A stretch of 64,000 bases of DNA from the human T2T-CHM13v2.0 reference genome, Homo sapiens, in assembly GCF_009914755.1 (NCBI RefSeq), contig NC_060927.1; one strand, given 5' to 3'. The stretch's first letter is position 1, and each line of letters opens with the position of its first letter. This document shows, in pieces, positions 26,701 to 38,790 of the stretch. Both the position numbers and the translations under genes were made by a program. The notes under the pieces were generated by a model, which was not told the DNA's origin, ran no database searches, and was given only the letters and a program-made list of their open reading frames with translations.

Positions 26701-29700
26701 CAGGCTCTCCACTTGCTCTGAAATATAAGACTGGTTATGGAAAAGAGATTACAAAAAGCTAAAGGATTCAGGTAGGTTTCATACTATTCCAGCTCAAGGG
26801 AAATGTTAATGTGTCTTGATGGGACATCATTAAGTCTTTATGATAGCATAAAAGCAAAGTAGGACTGGTAAGTGAGACATAATATCCTTCGGATCAGATT
26901 TGGAAAGCTGGTCTTCAGGAACTCTAGTATTTCAGCTGGAAAATGTGCACATACAGGATCATTGATCATTCTTGTGTGTTTCACTATTCCTCCAAAATAT
27001 TAAGAAAAAAACCCTATTATAAAGAATAATTTAATAATACGCTTCTTCTTTAGCTGTCTGAAAAAATACAATTAATATAGTCTTAAACATACTTATTGAC
27101 ATCAAATTACATTATATAAGAAATCTAAGATAGGTACAAATGACTTTCAGACTTAAGGAATATTGGCGCAAAAGAACACCAGATACTATCTAATCCAGTG
27201 GTTTCGAACAGATTTTTGAAGAACCTTGGAACTATATTGAAGTGCCTCAGAGGCTCTGGGATAAGGGCAGGAAAGAGGTAGGTAGATACCAAATAAACAG
27301 AGTCTGAATGCTTTAGTTTGCTTCAACTGGAGGTTTCGTTTGTATCTGTTTTATACTGTCTCATAGTATGACATTAAAAAAATTATATACATACTGATTG
27401 AAACTATCTCCTCTTTATTTTAAAAAATATCACCTTTTTGCCTTTTGAAAAAGATTAAGTAAAATATAATAATATTGTAAAAAATCATATATAAAGTGTG
27501 TATTTTAAAATAATAAAAGTAACATAAATCATATATCTTTTGTAATTGAGGGGTTATTTTTTGGTAACAGTTATATTACTTATATGTATCACTAAATACT
27601 ACAGACTCCCCACGCTGCCAGACTTTTATGTCATAATTTTTCTCAACTTAAGATTGCATTATCATATCTACTAAATTAACATCCTAAATTACTTAAAATA
27701 AATATGCATGGATGTGCATCTGTGTATTGGCCATGCAAATTAGCCCATGCAAATATGCTTATAGATTAAAACGAATCAGGGTATAGAACTAAATCAAATC
27801 GGTTGGTCAATTTAAATTTTAATAAATCCTGCTACTCATGTACATTTAGGTTAAATGTTCATTGTGATTTGTGAGAACTTTGCACCTCATAAGGCTTCAG
27901 ATACCCTGAGCTGTGGGAGCAGCCTGTGAGGGGCAATATTAAACGCATTGCTGACGGAGTCACTAAAAAAGCTAATATGAAGATGATGTTGTAAAAAGGA
28001 AACAAGAAGAAAATAAACATGTTCATGGAAAAGCAAGTTAAAAATGGTGCTATGATGCAAGCTGTTGAAAACAAATTAGATGTACACTGTACTTGCAACC
28101 CAGCAGTTGATCAACTGACCAGTTCAGGCTTCAGAGAACAATTATGAATGAAATTATAAGTAATTACATAGGTGGAAGGATATTTCAGAATCAAAGGATA
28201 ATAGATGCAAGAGCTGAAAGTGATACAGGTAATTATAAGTAGTATTTAAAACCCAAATGCCTACAAAGGCATTTATAACCTGATTCCATGAAATGGCTTG
28301 GGTGGAAAGACCACTGAGCAGGATGATTATGATAAAGTGTAAACAGTCTAGACAGGCTAAAAGGGACAACTTTCATCAGGTTGAGCCCACTGCAATCATT
28401 CAGAAACTATGTTACTAGTGATTGAATTTATCAAGAAAATTTAAATACAAATCCCCTCATATTTTTAGCTGGGTACTTAATGAACAAAATAGAACAAAAC
28501 TCTAAGGACTAAATAAAACATGTATGTGACTTGCAATCATTGACACATATGCTCTCAGAGTTTATTGTTGAGCGAACTGAGTTGCAGAGAGGTCAGCAGT
28601 ACCCAGAGGCTCCTGAGTGGTCATTCACAGCTTCGTTTTCAGATCTTCTCATCTCTAAACAACTTGGAAACAATGAAGGGGAAAAAACCTTCCCTCTGTC
28701 CCACTTCTCATATTATCTCTTTATTGCTGGAGGCTTAAGTGATTGTCAATTGTGAAGGCTGGCTCCTCAGTTTCAGCCTAATGACATTTTGGGCAGCTCA
28801 GTGGTGGCCCTGCCACAAATGAGCCACTGCCTTTGCCCTTTTCAACTTTTGCTTATTCCCCTTCTTTTGATGGCTGTAACATCAGCACTCTTCTTGGGCC
28901 AGGACTAATCCATCAAGACCTTGAGGGGCAAGAGGTTACTTCTCCCTGCCAACTCCTTCTCCTACACAAAATTCCAGAAAAATCATGCCCTCCCACCTAC
29001 TAAAAAAGCTACAAGTTATTTTAAAGGTTTAGGTCAGAACATATTCCAATGGCATTCATTTTTCATTTCTCCTTCATGTGCCCAGTTTTGAAATTGTTCC
29101 ACTTTAAAAATATTTTTATTTTGCTATTTTGGTTTCTACTTTTTGGCCGACATTCATTTCTGTCAAGAGGAAAGAAGCAGAGAAGCAGTATTGTACGTGT
29201 CAGATGGAAGGAATCTGCTAAGTGTCATTGAAATAAAAGACAATGACCTATATTCTGCAGCTGTTATGCATGAGCACGCTATCCTCAAGAATAGGGTTAG
29301 GGTTAGAGTAAATTATTCCTGAGAAATAGCTTATGCAAACATTGCAATCTCTAAATACTGTCTAATAAAAATGAAGCAAGCTTCTTTTTAAAAATCTAAT
29401 TTCTAAGTAAATGGGTGTCTTGCCACTGAGCATAACCTCAAGAGAAGTAACCTTGCCATGTCTTGCCAACTGAATAGCATTATAGCTTATCAATATGGAC
29501 AGCAAAGTTCTGCAGCAAGTTCCTCTTGCAAAAGGAAAACACTCTGGTTGACGAGGAGAATGAAGCATTGTGTGTGTTCTTATTAGGATAATGTCAATTG
29601 GGAACTTACACCTAACCTTAGGAGGTGAATGAGGACAATCAAGTATTCTAAAGATATCTATAAAGTTATCCCTCTAACTCTTCATGTGATGTGAAGAGAA

Positions 29701-29871
29701 TGGATTCAACTGGACTTTAACCCATCCAAAAAAGTTACACTTTTTACTCATTGGGAGTTCTCCAAAAAGACATTAAGAACTAACATATCTGGGGTCATGC
29801 TAGGTACCAAGAACCAAAAGCAATGTAATATTATCTCCCACTTCCAGGTGTAAAAGTAAACCACAATCAAT

Positions 29872-30965
29872 CAAATGAGAAGACAAGCCACAGACTGGGA
29901 GAAAATATTTGCAAAAGACACATTTGATAAAGGACTGTGTTACAAAATACACAAAGAGCACTTAAAACTCAACAATAAGAATACAAACAAGCAAATTAAA
30001 GATGGACCAAAGACCTTAACAGACACCTCACCAAAGAAAATATACAGATGGCAAATAAGCACATGAAAAGATGCTCCACATAACATGTCATCAGGGAAAT
30101 GTGAATTAAAATAAAAATAAGATACTACTATATACATATTAAAATAGCCAAAGTCCTGAACACTGACAACATCGAATACAGGAAACTCATTCATTGCTGG
30201 TGGAAATGCAGAATGGTGCAGCCATATCAGAGGACAGTGTAGCAGCTTCTTAGAAAACAACATGTTTTAAAACACATGATCCAGGAAATGTGCTGCTTGG
30301 TATTTACACAAAGGAATTAAAAACTAATGAGGACACTAAAACCTGTCAGTGGATATTTATAGCCGATTTATTCATAATTATCAAAACTAGGAAGAAATCA
30401 AGATGTCCTTCAGTAGGTGAATGGATAAATAAACTGTGGTACATCCAGACAATGGAATATTATTCAACACTAAAAGGAAGCTATCAATCCATGAAAAGGC
30501 AAGAAGAAAGTTTAAATGCATATTACTAAGTGAAAGAAGCCACACAACTTATGATTCCAACCCTGACATTCTGGAAAAGGCAAAACTGTGGAGATAATAA
30601 AAAGATCAGTGGTTGCCAGAAGTTGGGTAATAAATACATGAAACATGGAGGACTTTTTAGGCAGTGGAAATACTCTGTATCATACCACAATGGTGGAGAC
30701 ATGTCATTACACATTTCTTCAACCCTGTAGAATGTACAACACCGAGAGTGAACTCCAATGTAAACTATGAGCATTGGGTGATTTTGAGTTGTCAGTGTAG
30801 GTTCATCAGTGGTAACAAATGTACCACTTTGATGGTGGATGCTGACAGGGGAGAAGGCCATGCAGGTGTGTGGGCAGGGGGTGTATGGAGAATCTTTCTA
30901 CCTTCCTCTCAATTTTGCTGTGAGCCTAAATCTTCTCTTAAAAAAATCTTTAAAAAATTCAAGTA
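29872..30965 (+). mobile_element. L1MB/L1MC 3' fragment (ORF2 C-terminus + 3'UTR)
   Basis: ORFs MRRQATDWEKIFAK and RCPSVGEWINKLWYIQTMEYYS are L1 ORF2 C-terminal motifs; 3'UTR aatgtaaactatga...aacaaatgtaccac. Confidence 0.92.
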
Positions 30966-32999
30966 CAACATATAAAGGAAGTATTTTGACAAGATGGAAA
31001 ATATTATCAAGTATTGGTATGCTTGATATTGCAAATACGATTTCCTTTGGCTCTGCCTGGGGAGATGCCCTTTACTAGGATGATGACATAAGGGCAGAGG
31101 GTGGAATTTGGTGCAGAGGAAAGTCAGGATAGGGCAGGGAAGAGGAGACCATAGGAACTGACGGCATTGAGCCCTGAAACTGCAGGGTTACTTCACCTGT
31201 GGTCACATGCATTCACATGAGGCTGAGTGGGGGAGTGAAATAAACCTTCCCCAAAGAGGAGTGGTGGAGATTCTACAGTCTAGTCCTATTTTTACTACAA
31301 AGTGATTATTCTTTGTTTAAGAATATTTCATATTGGAAGATTGAATTATACAGAAAAGTAAAATGGGATATTATATAGAAAGTACTCGTTTAGGAGACAG
31401 ATAAGAAGGCTAAAATATATATCTTCCCACACAAACACACACTACCCCACGGTCTAGAGGGTGACCCTTGGAGATGCTTTAATTTGCCTCTCTTTTCCAT
31501 TTGACTTATCCATAGGTGGGCAATGCAAGCATTAGGAATAATTCTCATTGAGGCCTCAGTAAGGGAGCAGCTCCGTAAGTCCATGCCATACCAAGAGAGG
31601 ACATGCACACATATATGCATCCTCTCAAAGTGAAAGCAGTTCTGTTCAAATATTGCAAGAGCAACTGAAGGACAATCAAACACAACTGTGAGGGTTCTGC
31701 TCTTGCACAGGATCCCAAAGATAATTCACTCTGGCTGAGCTGGGCTTGGTTTTCTTGGCTTAAATCTGCAAGGCTGTCTCCTGTTGGACAAGCAGGTTTC
31801 TGACAAGAGGCGATTGTTTTCAGCCACACTCTTAAAGACTTAGAGCTTCAAGCAAGAGAACATAACTGAATCAATATCTCTGAAATTGCTCTTGGACCAA
31901 AAATGATCCCTCATAAGCTTGACTGACATATATTGAGTTGCCACATTAGAATATAAGCCCCCTGAGAACAGGAGATGTGTTCACTTGAGCCATTGCTGTG
32001 AATTACAGATTGAACATAGAGTCAGCATATGGTAAGTATTCATTTCATACTTCTTAAATTAATGTCTTAAATATTTAGGGTATTTATTTAAAATAAATTA
32101 ACGCATTAAATGTTCAGGATATTTATTTAAAATTCTCATCTTGGGGCATTGAATTTTAACTTAAATATAGATTTTTTCATAAGTAGCCAGGCTTCTCTCT
32201 CCCTCCACCTTCTGCACACACAAAAGAACACTACTGTAGATAAACACTTGCTGTAATCAAACCCTAGTGTCCTATAGAAATTAAAATGTCCTGAATATTT
32301 TTGCCTTCTGAGCTGTCTGTGAAAGTGGGTGTTGGTATTTTCAGAGGGACATAATTGTTAAACCACGGAATGGAACATCCCATGTTATTGTTATAGCAAA
32401 CAATAACATCCCATAGTTATTGTTTACTCAGAGTGGAAAAACTTCTCTAGGATACATTTGCTATAAGAGATTTGTTAGTATTACAAACACTAATGAGTAT
32501 TACAAAAATGTCTGGATCTCTCTCCATAATGTGATGGAAAGGCTCAAAGAACATTTTTAATAAACATACTCACTTCAAAGCCTGTAATCAATAGAAAGTC
32601 TATACTCAGTCACATATAACTTAAAACATTTTCAATATACTTAGATATATAGCTTTAGGTCTGCCTCTCTAACATTTAGAAATTATAATAAAATAAATTT
32701 TATAGATATTGATCAATTTAAAATATGGAAATTATCAAAGTTGAAGCTTCTATTTAGCCTAGCAAATAAAATTTGGCCTTCTGTTGTCACTAGGTTGGGA
32801 AATCACAAAAATGATTATTTCTCTTTTTTTACCTGAAGTATGTGTGATTGATTTGATATAAGTGCATTAACTATAAAGTGAATTAAATATTATTAGCAAA
32901 TTTATCAAGTACCTATAAGAGACCAGGAGAAGAAATACAGTGTCAAATTAAACAATATAAATTGAAAATAAATCTATGGATATATTAATTAATTTAAGA

Positions 33000-33860
33000 A
33001 TTTGAGAACTAACTATAAGCTAAGCATTATAGGTACTAAAGAGCTAGTTATTACACATGAGGCAGATAGTCAAAGATACGTGGTTCCTGCCTTACGCATC
33101 TTACAATCCAGTGGTGGAGATAAAAGTCAATAAAATAATGACATAAATGTAAAATTTCAAAATGTGATAAGTACTCTGAAGGAAAAGCGTATGATGTACA
33201 GATGACATGTAACAGGTGTCCTGATCTGGGCTGGAGGGATGCAAGAGAGATGTTCCTGATACAATAATGCTGGAACTGAGATCTGATGGATGAGCAGGAA
33301 GGAAGTGGAGGTAATCAGGTGGGCAAGCTGGATAGAAGGGAGAACACAGCACAAGTAAATCCCCATGGCAGGAGAAAGCTTCTGCTTTCTGCAAAGATGT
33401 AAAATTGGCTAGTGCTGCAAGAGCAGAGAGGATGAGGCAGATGAGGTTTTTGGTGTGGCTAATAGACTGGGAGGTCACAGAGGGCCCTGAGGTCATGGTA
33501 GAGATTTGATCTTTTATTCTCAGAACAATGGGAAGACTTGGAATGTTTTTAAGCATAGGTGATTTGCATTGTGAGGACACTGCTGCTTACAATCTAGAGA
33601 GTAGACTGGAGCAGAGCAAAAAAAATAATTTGAAAAATAATTGAAGAGGGTTTTTCTTTTTTTTCTGAAGTCGAGATAAATTGTTGTAAGAGTTTGGACT
33701 GGAGTGGTGGCGGTGATTGCACAGAGAAAGAGAAGTACATGGATTGAGCAGCATTTAGTAAGTAAAAGATGTAGGGTTTAGTCATACACTGGATATGGGG
33801 AATAAAAGAAGAAGGAGCCAAAATATCTTCAGAATGTAAAAGGCTAAAGAACTCTGAGAT
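33000..33860. mobile_element. L2 LINE fragment
   Basis: ggaactgagatctgatggatgagcagg, gagggccctgaggtcatggtagagatttgatcttttattct, agagaaagagaagtacatggattga are typical L2 tracts. Confidence 0.7.
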
Positions 33861-33863
33861 GCT

Positions 33864-34264
33864 GACATGGGTTGAATTGTGTCCTTCCAAAAAAGATATA
33901 TTGGAGTTCTAATGCCCAGTCCCTCAGAATATGACTTTATTTGAAGATAGGGTCTTTACAGAGGTGCTTATGTTAAAATAAGGCCATTATGGTGGGCCCG
34001 AATCCCTGATACCTGATTGGATTCAGTGGCAGGTAGGCATAGAGGCCAGACTATGGGAAGAGACACAGAAGCCAAGGAGAAGCCAAGGAGAAGCCAAGGA
34101 GAGAAGCCTAGAACAGGTTATTCCCTCACAGCTTTTAGAAGGAACCAAACGTACTGACACCTTGATGTCAGACTTCAAGCTTCCAAAACAGTCAGATAGA
34201 TTTCTGCTGTTTAAGCCTCTCCATCTGTGCTATGTGATTATGGTAGGCCTAGCAAACAAATACA
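33864..34264 (+). mobile_element. MLT1B/C MaLR solo LTR
   Basis: tgacatgggttgaattgtgtcc...tttatttgaagatagggtcttt...gacaccttgatgtcagacttc...ctagcaaacaaataca; internal 11-bp gaagccaagga x3. Confidence 0.85.
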
Positions 34265-34309
34265 GGCACATGTAGCTAAGTTAGTTATTCTTTTCACAAT
34301 AGACACATG

Positions 34310-34890
34310 CTTAAGAGGTCATAGAGAGTTGCTGCATACCCTTCATCCAGTTTCTCTTAATGTCATCATCTTACAAAACCAAGGAAAAACAGTCAAAACC
34401 TAAGAAATGAACATTGGTAAGTTACTATTGACTACAATGCTGTCTCTATTTCACTTTCACCAGTTTTTCTGCTAATGTCTTTTTCCTGTTCCATGATCTA
34501 ATTCAGGATCCCACATTACATTTAGTTCTCATGTTACCTTAGTCTCTTCCTATTTGTGATAGTTTCTCAGTCTTTCCTTGTTTTTCATGATCTTGACAAT
34601 TTTGAAGAGTGCTAGACAGGAATTTTGGTGAATATCCTCAAATTGGTTTGCCTGACATTTTTGTTTTCTTTGATTATACTAGCGTTATAGGTGTAGAGGA
34701 AGAATACTAGACAGGCAGCATGCCCTTCTCATCCCATCCCATTAGAGTTATATGATACCAACATGCCTGTTACTGGTGACATTAACCTTGATAACCTGGT
34801 CAACATAGTGTTTGCTAGATTTCTCCATTGTAAAGTTGCTAATAGTTTTTCCTCACCGTACAGTAATTCTTTGGAAGCAAGCTTCTATGT
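34310..34890 (-). mobile_element. L1MC4/5-like 3'UTR fragment
   Basis: caggatcccacattacatttagt...ctttccttgtttttcatgatcttgacaattttgaagagt...ctggtgacattaaccttgat. Confidence 0.7.
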
Positions 34891-36564
34891 TCTGCACACA
34901 TTCAATACAACAGGAAATTTAGATTATATTTTACAAGACGAAAAGAAAATAGACTTTGGTGCACCTCTAGTTTTTGAAATTATATTTATTTATTTTTACT
35001 ACTGGCTTGACCCATCCATCAACAGTGCACTAAAATAGGAAACATTATAATCCAACCGTCCATCAGAGCAGAGCTTCTGAGTCCTAAGTATTGCTTTTAG
35101 ATTGCAAGAAAATTACTAATGGCCGAAAGGCAATGTAGAAATTGCAAGGCAGAGAGGATCAACTGGGGGGCTCTGGAAAATTAACTGCACTGAAAATATT
35201 TACAAATATTGCCTATGACTCAGCAGATTAAGGTCAGCGTATGTTCTTAGATGACAGCGCCTTCAAAACCAGACCAAATTATTTGCTAATTCCTGACAGA
35301 CTTGGCTAGGCACAGCATAATTATTAAGGGAATTCACGAAGTGGTGGTGAAAATAGGCATGAAATCCATGGATTTCGCTGGGTAAGGAGGTGTGCCTCAC
35401 TGTTCACCTCTCACAAAGGTTGGAAAGCAGTTTGTATTCTGTCAAGAGTGATTTGCAACAGTCACCTTAACTGTTGAAACCACCTAGCAGTCCAGGACTA
35501 GATGGTGGAGCCTTAGACATCATCATTACAAGCATCTCCTGCTGTTTACAGGGAACCAAGGCCCAGAAAACTTCAGGGGCACTCTCAAGTTTACAGAAAA
35601 ACGTATTGGTCCAGGAGGGACTAGTGTGAAGATTCCTAACTTTACTCAAGTGTTTTTCCAGCTGTCTCCTGTTCTCTCTTATTTTAGGCTTCCTCCTGAA
35701 CTCAGCAACAAGATTCAGAGGGTTGTATAGCACCTGGTCCAGAAGAGCTATGCAAGCCAGGTGAATAGAGTCTTAAATGATGACTATAATATGCATATAA
35801 ACTCCACTCTGCTTTCAGTTCAAATTAAATTCTTTGTATTCATACAGATTGCAGAAATCTGTTACAAGATGGCTCAAATTTACAGAATTTAGCTTTGTCT
35901 TAGGTCAAAAAGTGTTCCCAAAGACTTAACTCAAAAAATAAGAAGCACTAGAAGCTGGACAACATACAATCTATCCAGCATCCAGCAGATATTTTATTCT
36001 TATTTTTCAGTAACACAAGATAAATAAAAACTGTCCATATAAACACTTACATGTGATATCAATTATTCTTCCCTTTTATATTTTTACATTATTTTTCAAC
36101 AGGGAATCACCAGTGAAAGTCCTTTTCATATGAGAACTCTTGAAATATCTACTTGAGCTTAGATAGTCATATTTACTTTTTAAAAATGAGAATAGGAACA
36201 AACAGAATAACTAGTTCATTTCAGATATCAAAAAATGATTGGATTATGTGTTAAATTATCAAACACGATGACACGAAGAAATCCTAGATAGTTCAGAGAT
36301 TTGAGTGCATATTTTTAAAACCAAATCAACTCATATTGCATATCTTTTACCCTGGTAAGTAAGGCCATATTCTAAGCTCAAGACAATTCCTGAATGTCAG
36401 ACATTTGCATGTGCTTGGGCATCTAAGAGTTCACTGAATGAATTAGAGTTCTATAATTCTAAGTTTGCATCTATCCATGTCCTTGAAGAAGGGAATTTAG
36501 ACAAGTATGATGGTAAATAATTATCTTCTTTTTGCTGGTTAAATTAGCTGGGTGTGGAACTTAC

Positions 36565-36715
36565 TTTCCTTCTTCCTACTCTCCTTCTCCCTCTCCTTCC
36601 CTCATCTCCTTCTCTGGCATCTTCCCCATCACCACCACCTGCACCATCACTTTCTTCAGCATCTTCCTCTATTTTCATGCCCTGCTATTATTCCTCCTCC
36701 TTCTCTTTCTTCTGA
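36565..36715. repeat. CT-rich low-complexity tract
   Basis: ttccttcttcctactctccttctccctctcc... pyrimidine-rich sequence. Confidence 0.7.
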
Positions 36716-38564
36716 TCCACCTACTGATTTAAAACCAATTGCAAGTAATCCAGTATTGGAGTGGGAGGAGAAATGGCATAATTCTTCTGTACCTGAATGG
36801 CCTAAGAAGACTCTGACATCTGGAGGACTCCACCAAAAGCTCGGAAGTTGTTTTTACAGTACACTGTAAACAGAAAATGCCAATCCTTCAGGTTCTCATT
36901 CAGTGTGCTTTGAGGTTACCTTTAGGTCTCATTTCTCTTTTTTTCTTAAAGTTTATTTACCTAGAAGCACACTTTTGAAGTAGAGTGTGATTATAATTCT
37001 GAAAATTCTTAAAATCATTTAATGTCTGTTGCCAAGGTAACAAGATATGGGGCAGATGAAAAGAACAGGGACCATTGATTATTTTGAAATTCTCAAGTCG
37101 TATGAATGGTGTGCAATAATACAGCACTAATTAAAGTATGTAAAGGCCTTGGCCCACATTTTAGGCTACTCAAATGTTTCCTCAGACGTGGTAATATTTA
37201 ACAATCACTAGTACATCAGTTTTCAGTACCCTGGCTTAAATCAATTTTGCTTCTTCCACTTACCCATCTAAAACTTGTTATATGATCTCTACAAGCTTTA
37301 CCTAAGACCTTGCCCACTTTTACTGTTTTTCTCTTTTAGCTACATTGTAATTGAGCCACTCAATCCTAAGTATATTAATCATAGACAATAACATAATACT
37401 CATATATATTGCAGAGCATACCAAAGGCTGGCATATGTATCCAGAAATCACAGGTTATAAAAACAAAGCAAGTAAACATAGATCTAACATTCATTTATCT
37501 CAGTATGAAGAACATATGTGAGAGTGTCAAAGTTGCAGCTTTTCTTCCACCGCAAAGTGTACACTATCACTGAAAACATTAAATGATATTATTATATTTT
37601 ATTATATTCCAATAATTATACTATACAATTAATATGAACATATATACCTTAGATCCCAGCGTACTCCAGAAATAAGAATCAATGACATTTCCTAACACCA
37701 TGAAATGTGATAGTTAGGGACATTTTGATTTTAATAGTAAATTGTACACTTGATCAACCAGGTTCCACCTGTTCTAATGAATGTATAGCAGATAAATAGG
37801 ATTATAAAAGTATTATTATCATGATTCTCATCACTTTACTGAATACATCATTATGAAATAACTTAATGGTACACTCATGAATAATAAAAACTCATGCTTC
37901 TTCAATTTCAAAGCATACAAAATTATAGATTTGGAAATTTAAGACATTCATTAAATTTAAGAGAGTCATATTCAAACTAGTGTATAATGTTTGTGTATAT
38001 TTGCCGCACATTTGTCCCAAATAACCAACAAAAGAAAATATATATGTCCATTTAAAAATATGATTCAAATTCAAATAAGTGACTAAAATACTGGAAAGCC
38101 ATAAAGGAAGAATGGCAGTCACTTTATCTGATATAAAAACTATGACTTATAAATCTGTTTCCATGTTTATTAATTAAGATCAAGGGCTCAAGCATCTGTA
38201 GGTGGCATTGAAGGAGTGTTCAACAAGTGCATACTGACTCTCATGGGGTTCATTGGGTCAAGGATCCCTCTGACACAAGCAAGAAAGTGTTCCTTAAAAC
38301 TCCCCTCAAGGAGAGAGCAGCCAGGGTTTCTTAGAGCAGACTCTATAACTTCAAGATTTGTTTCAAGGGGACATTATAGTGTGAGCATGGTGAAAATTTG
38401 TGTGGAGGACAGAGGTGGTGAAAGAATTGAATGAATAGTAGTAAAATCTGGATAGAAAGAAGTTTTCTCATCTTTGCTAGGTTCTCTACCTCAAGAGAAG
38501 AGATAAAATATTTCTGTTAAGAATTTAGAGCAAAAAAGCCTACAAAGAGCTCAGACTTCTAAAG

Positions 38565-38649
38565 GGAGTGGTAGAGTGAAAAAGAGCAATGTACTAGGAG
38601 TTATGAAGACTGTCGGGTTTTAGCCTTGATTTGGCAACTAACAAGTTTG

Positions 38650-38682
<33 letters not shown>

Positions 38683-38790
38683 AATGTGCAAGTCACATCA
38701 CCTTCTTATGCCTCAGTTGTCTCATCCGAAAAATGAAGAGGCTTGAGCTTTCTGCTATTGAATGTTGCCTTTGGTTCTACCATACTTTGA
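38565..38790 (+). mobile_element. MIR with an internal (A)29 tract
   Basis: gtggtagagtgaaaaagagca...caagtcacatcacc...gcctcagttgtctcatccgaaaaatg; A-run at 38652-38680. Confidence 0.7.

Noticed and set aside
29292-29306. tagggttagggttag telomere-like motif
   Set aside because: Only ~2.5 units; expected by chance
33101-33580. Longest ORF (159 aa, minus strand)
   Set aside because: Lies inside an L2 fragment; its S/L/P-rich composition follows from the repeat's strand bias
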